Assembly: GCF_963921235.1 (NCBI RefSeq)
Contig: NC_086097.1
Coordinates: forward strand, 159,900,001-159,964,000
Reading direction: 5' to 3'
From: Mobula hypostoma
Lineage: Eukaryota
Length of the DNA stretch: 64,000 bases
The notes under the pieces were generated by a model. The model saw nothing but the letters and a program-made list of their open reading frames with translations, did not search any database and was not told the origin of the DNA. Position 1 is the stretch's first letter; each line of letters starts with the position of its first letter. Positions 35,921-49,435 of the stretch are shown piece after piece. The translations under genes and the position numbers were made by a program.

Positions 35921-36769
35921 AAAGAGTGAAGTTACGCTTGTTCACACTCGTATCTATGCTCAGGAATCGAGAAATACTGAAATATCTAATATAAAAAGCC
36001 AGGATTTCTTAGGTATAGGAAGAGGGAAAGTGTTGTTTTGTTCTTGTACAATTTAGTACAAATTGTAAAATAATGTTATCTTTAAGATGTTGTTTCCATC
36101 CTGTTATGTTGATCACAATTATGCATGTTATTAAAACACATTGAGATTGTATAACCGATCTACTAACCTTATGATTATATCCACTGAAAAATTTATTCAA
36201 CAATGGGGAAAATAAGGCCCCAGTGCTTGCCTTCTGATGTTCTGTCTGAAATAGGCTTAGGGTAATGATAATGTTACAGCTTTGCATCCTGCTACCTAAG
36301 TGGATACACAATACTTAATCAGAATACATATTAGTATGCACTGTGAATGAATGCAAGCTTAATTTAGGTAAGAAAAAAAGTTAAACTATGGAACTGATAA
36401 AACCCCGGTTAACTACAAAGGAAAGATGGTTTGACTAATTGTATCGGTTATCTCAAGCTCCATAGTTACATTGTTGCAAGTGTAGGCTGAGTTACAATTG
36501 CAAAAGCAGCATTAGTCATTTTCCACTAATAGACTCACCAGTCATTGGCATTATCACATCCAATGTCTTTTCTTCCCACTCTTGCACTGTAACGTTCGGT
36601 CTTCCCTACAGATCCTCTCATGGTCACACTCTATTTGTCATCTGCATTCTTCTTTACAGCATAACTTTTCAGTTGTATGCTGACAACACCCACTCCTGCA
36701 TCCAATTTACCTTTCTCCATCCTCAAACTGACAATTCTACTAAGTAAACACAGGGAATACTACGGAGAG

Positions 36770-37075
36770 AAACAGTATGGAAACAGACTCTTTGGACTTC
36801 CAAGTACACGATGACCATAAACCACCCATTGCATGAATTCTACATTAACCCTAGTTATTAATTCTCCTCACATTCTCATCAGCTACTTTTTGATTCTCCT
36901 ACTCGCTGGGGACAAATTACAGTGGCCAGTTAACCTGCCAATATGCAGACCTTTGTAATGTGGGATTAAACTGCTCCCCCACCCCCGCCGAGGAAACCCA
37001 TAGGTCAGGGGAGAACTTGAAAACAAAAGACTGCCCCTGACCTCAGGATTGAATCTGGGTCTCCATAGCTTTGCT
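36770..37075 (-). mobile_element. HE1/V-SINE-like SINE, decayed
   Basis: The reverse complement shows a B-box (gattcaatcctga), a V-domain-like segment and a CR1-type tail. Confidence 0.55.
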
Positions 37076-37904
37076 AGGGTACCACGTGGAGGTACTGCTC
37101 TCGACCACAAACTACATTGCTCAATCACCAACACCATCACTTTCCCTGCCTAATACTGAAAAAAGCCTGTTCCAACTTTGATGTAACATTTGATTAAACT
37201 ATTTGTATTCACTTCCAGATGAATCCTACGTTCTAACTCCACATAAATTTAAGATATCCCCTTTCCAACTTTATGTCCGAAAACTCAGTGTGGTACAGAA
37301 TTATGCAATCCCTTGATTTTTAAATTCTTGTTTTCAAATATCCTCTAATTCCATAACTATTTTAACAAGAACGTAGGTATTTAGAACAAGAAAAGGCAAT
37401 ATGATCCCTCAGGCCTCCTCCACCATTCAATGATATTCCATTTGGCATTATCTTGATCTTAGCCCTATTGTCTTCCCCAGTTTTCATATCCCATGACTTC
37501 TGTCTAGTCCAAAATCTGTGATTCTTGACCTTAATTATATTCAATGATTTAGCCTTCACAGTTTACTTGGGAACTTAATTCAGAGATTCACAACCTTCCT
37601 ACAGAGGAAATTATGTTCATTCTGAAACTAGCCTTATTCGACATGCTTTACAAAGAGTAACATCATCTTAAAATCCATACTGTGAAGTCTCACCAGAAAA
37701 TGTGTGCTTTAAGATAATTTCTCATTCTTCATAAGTCAACTATATACTCAAGCTACTCACCCTTTCCTTCATCCCGGTGAATCTAGTTTAATGCAAGCAT
37801 TAATCCCATTATGTATAAAACTGCGAGTAGTGCTCAAGGTCTTACAAATCTCTACAGATTTACAGCAAAACTTTCCCTCTTTATATATCCCTTGAAATAC
37901 CTCA

Positions 37905-39360
37905 AAGTTAAAAAGATGTACAAAGTAAATTTATTATCGAAATACATGTATGTCACCATATACAACACTGAAATTCATTTTCTTGCTGGCATACTCAATA
38001 AATTCAATAACCATAATAGAATCAATGAGAGAATGTATGAACAGGGTGGACAACCAGTGTGCAAAATACAACAAACTATGCAAATACAAAAGAATGCAAA
38101 AAATTAATACTAATATCAAATAGATAAGCAATAAATATCAAGAACATGAGAGGAGGAGTCCTTCAAAGTGAGTCTATAGGTTGTGGGAGCAGTTCAGTGA
38201 TCGGGCGAGGGAAGTTGAGTGAAGTTCAGATTCAGAGGCTTGATCATTGAGGAGTAATACCTGTTCCAGAACCTGGTGGTGTGAGTCCTAAGGTTTCTGT
38301 ACCTTCATTCTGATGGCAGCAGTGAGAATAGAGCATGACCTGGATGGTTGGTGTCCCTGATGATGAATGCTGCTTTACTGCAACATTGCTTTGTATAGGT
38401 GCACTCAGTAGAGGGGAGGGCTTTACTCGTGATGGGCTGGGTCATATGCAGTACTTCTGTAGGATTTTTCGTTCAAGGACATTCATGTTTCTATACCAGG
38501 CTGTGATGCAGTCAAAATATGCTCCACCACACATCTACAGAAGTTTATCTAAGTTATAGATGTCATGCTGAATCTTTTCAAACTCCTAAGAAGTAGATGC
38601 TCTGCTGTGCTTTCTTCATAATTGCACTTACGTGCTGAGCCCAGGTCCAATCCTCCAAAATTATAACACTGAGAATTTATGTTGTCGGCCTCATCAACAG
38701 CAATGATGCGTTGGAGTACAGAGAGGAAGTGAAGCAGCTGGTGGACTGCTGTAAGAACAACATTAAGCCTGAATGTGGAAAAGACCGAGAAAATGATTGT
38801 GGACTTCAGGAAGGTGCTGATAAAACATTCCCCCTCTCAGTGTACATGGCTCTGCCATAGAGAGAGTTCAGTGTATTAAGTTCCTGGGAGTTCACATCAC
38901 AGACAACCTCACCTGGTCCCTCAATATCACCTCCCTAAATAAGAAGGCACAGCAGGGCTTCAACTACCTGAGGAGATTGATAATTTGCACTGTACCCTAC
39001 AATACTTAACTTGTGCACTTTACTTTGTTTATCTATGCGCAATTCATTTGTAGATTTAATTCTTACTTTTCTTAAGATATTTTGTACTCTATGTGCATTA
39101 TGTGTACTACCATGCTTTACACCCTTGTCTTGTTTGGTGGGATACATATACATAGTTAATGACATTAAACTTGACTTAAAGTTGCTGACCCTCTCCACCT
39201 CTGATCCTCTGATTGAGGATTGGCTCATGGACCTCTGGTTTCCTCTTCCTGAAGTCAATAATCAGCTGCTTAGTCTTGGTGACATTGAATAAGAGGTTGT
39301 TACTGTGGCACCAGTCAGCCAGAATTTCGATCTCCCTCCTGTATGCTGATTCGGCACCAC
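37905..39360 (-). mobile_element. Rex1-like LINE 3' fragment, split by an opposite-strand Rex1-like fragment
   Basis: ...gagaattta breaks near 38680 and resumes aaagttgctgaccctc near 39178 ([11 protein letters not shown] on the minus strand). Confidence 0.75.
38680..39176 (+). mobile_element. Nested Rex1-like LINE fragment
   Basis: LNVEKTEKMIVDFRK and KFLGVHITDNLTWS remnants; tail cattaaacttgact. Confidence 0.75.
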
Positions 39361-39699
39361 TGCATCTACCTTAGGCTACTTGTAAAACCCTGATCTTAAT
39401 CATAACAACATTGATGATTTTCCCTTCATATGCCAAGTTCCTAAGGTCTTGAATTCAATTCTAAACCTTTTCAACACTTCATCTTATTCCTCCTCCCACA
39501 GAAAGATGTTTCCTACAACTGACCTCTTTCACCATTTTGTTCATTTGCCCTAATAACATTGCAATAGTTCATATAATGTAGTGTTATGTATAATTAAATT
39601 ATATCATTGTTTATTAATAAACAGATGGGGTCGGAAGAGTTGGAATGGTGCCAGAAAAAGCCTAAAGTGGTTTGATTTGCTGATATGACTAATGAAGAG

Positions 39700-40420
39700 T
39701 TGCAGGCTCCTGAACAAACCTGGTGGGAAGAGGCTGAATAAATTTCCCTGGATTACATTAAGGTGGCCAAGGCTGAAACATATCAGGGCACAATAGGGTT
39801 TTACATGAAGACTATTTCAAATACACGCACATTGAAGTTTACCTAAACTGAAATTATTGATAATCTCAATGCTCTACCTTTGTTCTTCAAGCCAAGGTCA
39901 GTCTCTACTGCAAAGAAACCAAAATAGACAGTCCTTCCTGGTGAAAAAATAATTGAATCTGTTTAGTACTCAGCACAGAAGCATTTGTTATGCCATGTGA
40001 AATCAAGGATTTGTGGTGATTGTAAATTGACTATTAATCAAGCCTTGTCCCTATAACAGTATTACATTACTAGAATTGAAGACTCATTTGTAGTTATGGT
40101 TGGAAGGCGACAGACATGGATATGAATCATGCATGTGTTAGAGGACCAGTCTCAGAGGTTTTTGACTGTTAATGCACACAAAGCTTTGCTCATATCTAAC
40201 TGGCTCTCCTTTGAGTTTTGTCTGCACCTGTTCTCTTTCAGAAGACCATGAAAGCAGTGCTGCAGGGCATTCCCAAGGTCACTGTATACTTGAATCATAT
40301 CCTGGTGATGGGAAGCTCAAAGGACGAATATCTGCAAGATCTGACAGAATTGTTGTGCAGTCAGAAAAGGGTAGGTATGCATTTAAAGTGAAATAAGTTT
40401 TTTTTAGTGAAGGAAGCACA
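39700..40420 (+). pseudogene. Ancient Gypsy RT fossil
   Basis: RICGDCKLTINQA near 40006-40045 and, from 40236, FQKTMKAVLQGIPKVTVYLNHILVMGSSKDEYLQDL (YLDD changed to YLNH). Confidence 0.75.
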
Positions 40421-41329
40421 GTATAAGAAACCTCACATGGACGTTAAAGGAAGTGGTGGATGCAGGTTTAATTTCAACCTCTAAGAGAATTATGATCAGT
40501 ACATGGACAGGGTGGTGTATGGAAGGCTATAGTTCAGATGTGGGTCAGTGGAACTGCAAAATAACAGTTACGCATGGACTGTTTCTGTGCCATAGTTCTC
40601 AGTGACTTTATGACTCTATCCCTGCACTCAGTTCCAGAAACCATTATCAATGCTCTAGCCCTAACTAATGTAACTAAGCTGAATATATAGATCATTGCAT
40701 TGTTGCAATAAATTCTTGCCTAGTTTAGCAATGTTTTTAGCTCCATTGTATCACCTTATGTGGAAGAATGAAAAGTAGAGATGGATTGAAGTTTAAAAAC
40801 AGGATTTAGATCTTTCCAATGAATTGCTGCAGATGACTGATACGTTAGTTCACTACTTACCAGGCAGAAGGTTAACTTGTCCTGTGATACATCCCCTTTA
40901 AAATTAATCTTATTAGATGAATGATGTTTGAGGAAAGCTGACAGTCATGTCCATACTACTGTCAGAAGCAGTGAAAAAACACTCCCCGCTAGATAAGGAA
41001 GATTTGACCAGCATGTTTGCTCTATAAGTACACTTCATCATTTATAGAGATCACACACTCCTGATTTACCTGTCCCATGCAATGTAGTCCCTTGTGTTTG
41101 AAGATGGATTGTGACTTTGAGATCATATGGCTATATATCATAGCTTCCAAAGCAGAAAGATACCATGAAAATGCAGAGGCTCTCACAAGTGCCTTCCAAT
41201 GCCTGAGGCAATTACTGACATTGGAACATAGAACCAAGGGTTGATGATTGACACTTTGTAAATACAAACCAAATCTGACAGGAGATGTCAAAAGGGTTCA
41301 GACTTTCTAATGGTATGTATGACATCAGA

Positions 41330-43010
41330 TGCACGGCAACTCTGGCAGCGTCTGCAAGATATTACTTCATACAAAGAGAAACCAATAGCATGAATGGCAG
41401 CGATGCTTTAAGGGAGAACACAACTACAGCTGTGAAGATCTCTGCTGCACCTGATGACCCTGTGATCTCTGTCTCAGAGGCTGATGTTAAGCTGTCTTTA
41501 AAGAGAGTGAACCCTCGCAAGGCGGAAGGTCCTGATGGAGTACCTGGTAAGACTTTGAAAACCTGTGTGAACCAACTAGCGGGAGTATTGAAGGGCATTT
41601 TCAACCTCTCACAGCTATGGGTGGCAGTCCCACTTGCTTCAAAAAGGCAACAATTTTACCAGTGCCTAGGAAGAATAATCTGGGCTGCCTTAATGATTAT
41701 CGCCCAGTAGCACTCACATCGACAGTGATGAAATGCTTTGAGAGGTTGGTCATGACTAGACTGAACTCCTGCCTCAGCAAGGACCTGGACCCATTGCAAT
41801 TTGCCTATTGCAACAATAGGTCAATGGCAGATGCAATCTCAATGGCTCTTCACACGGCTTTGGACCACCTGGACACCACAAACACCTATTTCAACATCAT
41901 TCCTACAATCCTGATTGAGAAGTTGCAGAACCTAGGCCTCTGTGCCTCCTTCTGCAATTGGATCCTCAACTTCCTAACCGGAAGTCCACAATCTGTGCAG
42001 ACTGATGATAACATCTCCTCCTCGCTGATGATAGACAGTGGTGCACCTCAGGGATATGTGCTTAGCCCACTGCTCTACACTCTATACTGTATACCCATAA
42101 CTGTGTGGCTAGGCATAGCTCAAATACCATCAATAAATTTGCTGACGATACAACCGTTGTTAGAATCTCCGGTGGTGACGAGGGCGTTCAGGAGTGAGAT
42201 ATGCCAACTAGTGGAGTGGTACCACAGCAACAACCTGCAACTCAATGTCAGCAAGACGAAAGAGCTGATTGTGGACTTCAGGAAAGATAAGACAAAGGAG
42301 CACATACCAATCCTCATAGAGGGATCAGAAGTGGAGAGAGTAAGCAGTTTCAAGTTCCTGGGTGTCAAGATCTCTGCGGATCTAACCTGGTCCCAACATA
42401 TCAATGTAGTTATAAAGAAAGCAAGACAGCGGCTATACTTCATTAGGAATGTGGAGAGATTTGGCATGTCAACAAATACACTCAAAAACTCCTATGGTTG
42501 TACCGTGGAGAGCATTCTAACAGGCTGCATCACTGTCTGGCATGGGGAGGCTACTGCACAGGACCGAAAGAAGCTGCAGAGGGTTGTAAATCTAGTCAGC
42601 TCCATCTTGGGTACTAGCCTATAAAGTACCCAGGAAGTCTTCAGGGAGCGGTGTCTCAGAAAAGCAGTGTCCATTATTAAGGAACTCCAACACGCAGGGC
42701 ATGTCTTTTTCTCACTGTTGCCAGAAGCCTGAAGGCACACACTCAGCCATTCAAGAACAGCTTCTTCTCCCCTGCCATCCAATTCCTAAATAGGCATTGA
42801 ATCCTTGGCCACAACCTCACTTTTTTAATATACAGTATTTCTGTTCTGTGCACACTTTTTTTAAAAAATCTATTCAATATATGTATACTGTAATTGATTT
42901 ACTTGTTTATTTTTTTTCTCTCTTCTAGATTATGTATGGCATTGATTTGCTGCTGCTAAGTTAACAAATTTCACGTCACATTGTGGTGATAATAAACCTG
43001 ATTCTGATTT
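41330..43010 (+). mobile_element. 5'-truncated Rex1/Babar-like LINE, disrupted
   Basis: [58 protein letters not shown]; tail aataaacctgattctgatt. Confidence 0.92.
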
Positions 43011-44744
43011 TGTTAAATAATGTCGAATTATCATTCCGGAAAAGGGAGAAAGAATGTATAAATACAGTACATATATCATACATTTGAATGTATATAATTG
43101 ATGGTTGTTTTATAATCCAGCAAGAGTCATAGTGCTCATGGGGTTTTATCCTACTGTTTCAATTTTTGGTAGACACCATTTTGGTTGAACTGTATAATGG
43201 TTGCATTTATGGACAGTTCAACTCAACAGCTTTCAAGAGAATAAATAAACATCTTAAGGGACAAAATCCAGCCTCCAGCTGTTTAGCATGTTAACCCTTT
43301 ACATGGATTATTGTCAAAGCTTATTTGAATTTGCATCCATGATGTATATTAGAACATATTCTTATGTCTAATATGCTTTATTGGCACATTATGGTGACTG
43401 CATAAAATAAATCTATTACTATTGATGAATTAGCTGATGTGATTTTTTTTCTGTTGAACCAGTTGGAATTTATTATCCTAACGCTATCACATAGCTATGA
43501 GATCCAGTAAAACAGGTAAAAAAGGAAAGCTTGCAGTTGATTAGACTCTGTCAATCATTCAAGTCTTTTTACAGAACAAAATATCTTCATTTTAGATAAT
43601 TACTTGGATTCATTTTTTCCCTGGTGAATTTGACAAACTGATATCATTTTGTCAAATGTTTAACAAAAGCTATTTTATAATATTAAGTGGCAGTCTGTTC
43701 ATGAGTAGGTGGTGCCAAACTGAAGTAGTTGAGCCTCATGCCTTTTAAAAATATTGTATAATTATTCCCTACCACTTCCACTCCACTAACTTCCAAAGAA
43801 ATGCATCATTTAGTCTTTAATTATTAACCTATCTAAAATAAAGTCAACTTCCTTACTGTTCTTTATTTTTGAATGATACACAAATTGTGATAATTGGTAA
43901 TCACCTTCCTTGGTGCACAAAAGTTTAAAGGGCACAGGTGCAGACTTGCAAGGGGTCATTTTGGGAACCGCAGAATAAATTTGCAAGAAGGAATGTTTAG
44001 ACTAAATTATCAAACCTGTTAAGAGATTACAGATGCCCTAAAAGGACAATGCTACTATTGTGAATCTTGCAAGAAATAATTCCTCTTTATCTCAAACTCT
44101 TGTAAGATTATGTAATATTGAGTATATACCTCTTTAATTGACCAACTGCTCTGAATATACATTGCAATAATACAGAGCCTTCCAAAAATATCCTAGCTAT
44201 TTCAGATATCTAATTAGATGATACAATAATAATTAATTGTGTGTTTATTACCTGAAAGCATTACCCAAAAGCCATTACAGGAAATATGCCTTTGCACAAT
44301 GTAACTCATTTTATGAACAAAGTACTTTTGTCTTTTAATTTGAATTAGAGTTTATCCTGGGTATTTTAGTGAAATGTACCAAGAAAGCCTAATCTTGAAA
44401 ACAGTCTGCAACTAGGTGCTTGCCAAAATGGGTCAGACTTCTCCATGAACTCATCACCTATACTCCTGCGTTAGACTGTTTTAGATGTGAAGGGTATGAT
44501 TTCTTTCCGTATTTAATTGTCTTCTTACAGAGTAGAGCAATCCACAACCTGGGACTCAGTCTCAGGTGGTGAACCCTGATTTCTTGTCCCCAGAAGACTT
44601 CGTGACATTTTGGTGAGGTATCATCAAAAGCCTGTGAATTATTTTGAGAAGTGATTTAAAGATGTTAAAACTAATGAATTCAATTATTCTGAGAAATTAG
44701 TAAAACAAGTTATGATACACCAAAGTAAATTGAAGTCAATTTAC

Positions 44745-46750
44745 CAGGCATAAAGAATGGTAGGGTGAAGAGTGGGTGACAAGTGAGGTGGAAAATCTAG
44801 TCAGGTGGAAGAAGGCAGCATACATGAGGTTTAGGAAGCAAGGATCAGATGGGTCTATTGAGGAATATAGGGAAGCAAGAAAGGAGCTTAATAAGGGGCT
44901 GAGAAGAGCAAGAAGGGGGCATGAGAAGGCCTTGGCGAGTAGGGTAAAGGAAAACCCTAAGGCATTCTTCAATTATGTGAAGAAAAAATAGATGACAGGA
45001 GTGAAGATGGGACTGATTAGAGATAAAGGTGGGAAGATGTGCCTGGAGGCTGTGAAAGTGAGCGAGGTCCTCAATGAATGCTTCTCTTCGGTATTCACCA
45101 ATGAGAGGAAACTTGATGATGGTGAGGACAATATGAGTGAGGTTGATGTTCTGGAGCATGTTGATATTAAGGGAGAGGAGGTGTTGGAGTTGTTAAAATA
45201 TATTAGGATGGGTAAATCCCCGGGGCCTGACGGAATATTCCCCAGGCTGCTCCACGAGGCGAGGGAAGAGATTGCGGAGCCTCTGGCTGGGATCTTTATG
45301 TCCTCGTTGTCCATGGGAATGGTACCGGAGGATTGGAGGGAGGCGAATGTTGTCCCCTTGTTCAAAAAAGGTAGTAGGGATAGTCCAGGTAACTATAAAC
45401 CAGTGAGCCGTACATCTGTGGTGGGAAAGCTGTTAGAAAAGATTCTTAGAGATAGGATCTATGGGCATTTGGAGAATCATGGTCTGATCGGGGACAGTCA
45501 GCATGGCTTTGTGAAGGGTAGATCGTGTCTAACAAGCCTGATAGAGTTCTTTGAGGTGACCAGGGATATAGATAAGGGTAGTGCAGTGGATGTGATCTAT
45601 ATGGATTTTAGCAAGGCATTTGACAAGGTTCCACACGGTAGGCTTATTCAGAAAGTTAGAAGGCATGGGATCCAGGGAAGTTTGGCCAGGTGGATTCAGA
45701 ATTGGCTTGCCCGCAGAAGGCAGTGGGTCGTGGTGGAGGGAGTACATTCAGATTGGAGGATTGTGACTAGTGGTGTCCCACAAGGATCGGTTGTGGGACC
45801 TCTACTTTTCATGATTTTTATTAACGACCTGGATGTAGAAGGGTGGGTTGGCAAGTTTGCAGATGACACAAAGGTTGGTGGTGTTGTAGATAGTGTAGAG
45901 GATTGTCAAAGATTGAAGAGAGACATTGATAAGATGCAGAAGTGGGCTGAGAAGTGGCAGATGGAGTTCAACCCAGAGAAGTGTGAGGTGGTACATTTGG
46001 AAGGACAAACTCCAAGGCAGAGTGCAAAGTAAATGGCAGGATACTTGGTAGTGTGGAGGAGCAGAGTGATCTGGGGGCACATGTCCACAGATTCTTGAAA
46101 GTTACCTCACAGGTAGATAGGGTAGTTAAGAAAGCTTATGGGGTGTTAGGTTTCATAAATTGAGGAATAGAGTTTAAGAGTCACGATGTAATGATGCAGC
46201 TCTATAAAACTCTTGTTAGGCTACACTTGGAGTACTGTGTCCAGTTCTGGGCACCTCACTATAGGAAGAATGTGGAAGCATTGGAAAGGGTACAGAGGAG
46301 ATTTACCAGGATGCTGCCTGGTTTAGAAAGTATGGATTATGATCAGAGATTAAGGGAGCTAGGGCTTTACTCTTTGGAGAGAAGGAGGATGAGAGGAAAC
46401 ATGATAGAGGTGTACAAGATAATAAGAGGAATAGATAGAGTGGATAGCCAGCGCCTCTTCCCCAGGGCACCACTGCTCAATACAAGAGGACATGGCTTTA
46501 AGGTAAGGGGTGGGAAGTTCAAGGGGGATATTAGAGGAAGGTTTTTTACTCAGAGAGTGGTTAGTGCATGGAATGCACTGCCTGAGTCAGTGGTAGAGGC
46601 AAATTCACTAGTGAAGTTTAAGAGACTACTAGACAGGTATATGGAGGCATTTAAGGTGGGCGATTATATGGGAGGCAGGGTTTGAGTGTCAGCACAACAT
46701 TGTGGGCCGAAGGGCCTGTAATGTGCTGTACTATTCTATGTTCTACGTTC
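44745..46750 (+). mobile_element. 5'-truncated CR1 LINE of a second family, disrupted
   Basis: KENPKAFFNYVK*, KSPGPDGIFPRLL, YMDFSKAFDKVPH, KFADDTKVGG, frameshift near 46000, FFTQRVVSAWN; tail ctattctatgttctacgttc. Confidence 0.93.
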
Positions 46751-47059
46751 AGTTACGTGCTTGAATTTAACATTTTATTCAGAATGGCTATCCCATTCAT
46801 ACAACTATTGTAAAGCACGGGGCTAATGTGAGGTGCAGTTGTCTTCTCTGTTGGATAGAACTGTACCCCACTGCTCAACTTGGGAGACGTGCCTTGTGGT
46901 GGAACAGGTGTGAGTGGGACAAATTGATCAGCAACTGACTCCTAACTCGTTTTTGATGTGTGATATGCAGTGGTGGAAGTCAGAGATGAGCTGAATGATC
47001 AGCAGCTGTTATCCAGCCTGGAAGCATTTTAGCTCCTTTCTCTTGTGTTCTAATTTCTG

Positions 47060-48290
47060 TTCAGAATAAGAATCAGAATCAAACTTAATATCACTGACTT
47101 ACATAATGTGAGATTTGTTTATTGGTGGTTGTAGTACAGTACGTAGACATAAAAATTCCATGAATTACAAAAATATATAAATAGTGCAAAAAAAAGGGAA
47201 AATAAGTTAATGTCCTTGGGTTCGTGGATCATTCTGAAATCTGACGGCAGAGGGAAAGAAGCTGTTCCTGAATTATTGAAGTGGATCTTCAGACTCCTAC
47301 ATCTTCTTTTCTGATGGTACTGTAGTTAAGGGCAAAGGTCATATTCTGGACGTGGAGGTCCTTAGTGATGGATATTGTCTTAACAAGCTATTCTGACACT
47401 TTGTTCATTTTTTAAAAATATTCCTGGACATCATTTCAAACCTTTAGTCAGCTTCTAAACTGAGATAATCTGCTAATGTCTTTTTTTCAGTTCCTCCTCA
47501 ATCGGCTTAATGAAAAGTATTGTTTTGTTAAGAATCTGCTGAACTTCTAGACTCAAAATGTTGGAAATGTTCCACAGTCAAGCAGCATCTATGGAAGGAT
47601 AAAAATATTATTGCTTTAGGACACTCACCCTTCATCAGAACTGGAGAAGTAAGGAACAGAGTTGCAGATAAGGAGAGAAGGAGAGGAGTGGATAGAATAA
47701 AAGGAATCAAAGTTCAAAAGTTCAAATTTCAAAGTAAAATTCATTATCAGAGTGCATACATGTCACTACATACAACCCTGAGATTCTTTTCCTGTGGCCA
47801 TACTTAGCAAATCTATAGAACAGTAACTAAACAGGATCAATGTACAATAAACCATGCAAATGCAAATATAAATATACAGCAATTAATAACATGTATGAAA
47901 GATCATGAATTAATAGGATACAGAGTTGTTGAAGTGAGACCATCAGTTGTAGGAACACCAGAAAGAGAATGAGTGTACTTATCTCCCTTGGTTCAAGAAC
48001 CTGATGGTTGAGAGCTAGTCACTGTTCCTGAACCTGGTGATGCGAGTCCTAAAGCACCTGTACCTTCTACCTGATGGCAGCAGCAAGAAAGGAGCATGGC
48101 CAGGATGGTGAGGATCTTTGATGATGGATGCTGCTTTTCTGCATCAACATTTCTAGTAGGGGTGCTCAAAGTTTGGGAGGGCTTTAACGATGATGTACGG
48201 GGTTGAATCGATTACCTTCTATAGGAGTTTCCACTCAAGGACATTAGTGTTCCCATACCAGGCCATTATGCAGCCAGTCAGCACACTTCC
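47060..48290 (-). mobile_element. Two old Rex1-like 3' fragments (about 47060-47385 and 47710-48290) around a decayed Penelope end (about 47530-47705)
   Basis: Similarity by eye to the tails starting at 49436 and 37905; cccttcatcagaactgg is a reverse hammerhead remnant. Confidence 0.6.
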
Positions 48291-48769
48291 GTGTAACCGT
48301 GAAAGAATAGTATCCCAGTGACAAAATGTTTGTTTAATTGATAAGTGATAAAATTTAAAGAGAATGGGAGAAAACACATACTTGGGATATTAGATCCAGA
48401 ACACAGCAGAAGCTGGAAAATAGAACAAAAATGAATACCCAGCAGAACACCATCTTCTATGGAGACAGAAAAATGAATTAAGGTGGATAACCTCAAATCA
48501 GAACTAACCAGTTCTGACATAAAGAAGAAAAGCTGCTTATGGATAATTGTGGAAGTCATTACTGGGTTTACAATATGCCAAGTGGGAAGATAAGGTACTC
48601 TATGTAAACTTATGTTGGGCTTCTTTGAAACATTGCAACAGGCTGCAGACAGACAGACAGTGGTCAGAATTGAAGTAGGATGAAGAATTTAAGTGTCAGG
48701 TAATTGGAAGTTCAGGGTTATCCTTGTGGTTTTAACAGAGTCAAAGAGACAATATTCTTAGTAAGGTAA

Positions 48770-49100
48770 CAGTTAGCACAATTACTTAGCGATGCCAGTG
48801 ATCACTGATCAGGGTTCCATTCCTGCCGCTGTCCATAAAAAGATTGTACATTCTCCCTGACTGCACGGATTTCCACCGAGTGTTCCGGTTTCCTCCCACA
48901 TTCCAAAGGTAAGTGTTTAGGTTTAGTGAGTTGTTGGCACACTATGTTGACACTGGAAGTGTAGCCACACTTATAGGTTGCTGTCAGTACAATTCTCAGA
49001 CTGTGTTGGTCATTGACGCAAAATGATGCATTTCAGTGCATGTTTAGATGTTTTGACGCATGTGTGACGAGCAAAGCTAATCTAAAATTAATCTAATCTA
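48770..49100 (+). mobile_element. V-SINE-like element with a Rex1/L2-type tail
   Basis: gggttccattcc B-box, ttgtacattctccc...ccggtttcctcccacattccaaag V-domain, tail tgtgacgagcaaagctaatct. Confidence 0.7.
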
Positions 49101-49435
49101 TCTTGTTTCTCCTACCCAGGTGCAAGACCAAGAGTTATGACCCTGCAGTATGTGAACCTCACCATCAAACTTGTATCTTTCTGTCAGAATGGATCCGCTT
49201 GAGAAGTTTGGCAATGATCATGCTGACGAAACTCAGAGCAATCTATTTGTCACAAATTCAAGAAGTGAGAAAAAAGCGCCAAATCAATCAGGAACATTAA
49301 ACGTGGTGACCTACAGAGACACTTTCCGCACAAATCATTTCTACCCCTCCACAAGTGCCTGTTGATTTCAAGTGACATATAGTTTTAAATTAAAATGAGG
49401 TGTTCAGGTTAAATATTCATCTTATTCTGAATATT

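Noticed and set aside
40242..40371. Apparent exon (tttcag acceptor, gtaggt donor)
   Set aside because: Translation across both boundaries is a continuous Gypsy RT segment.
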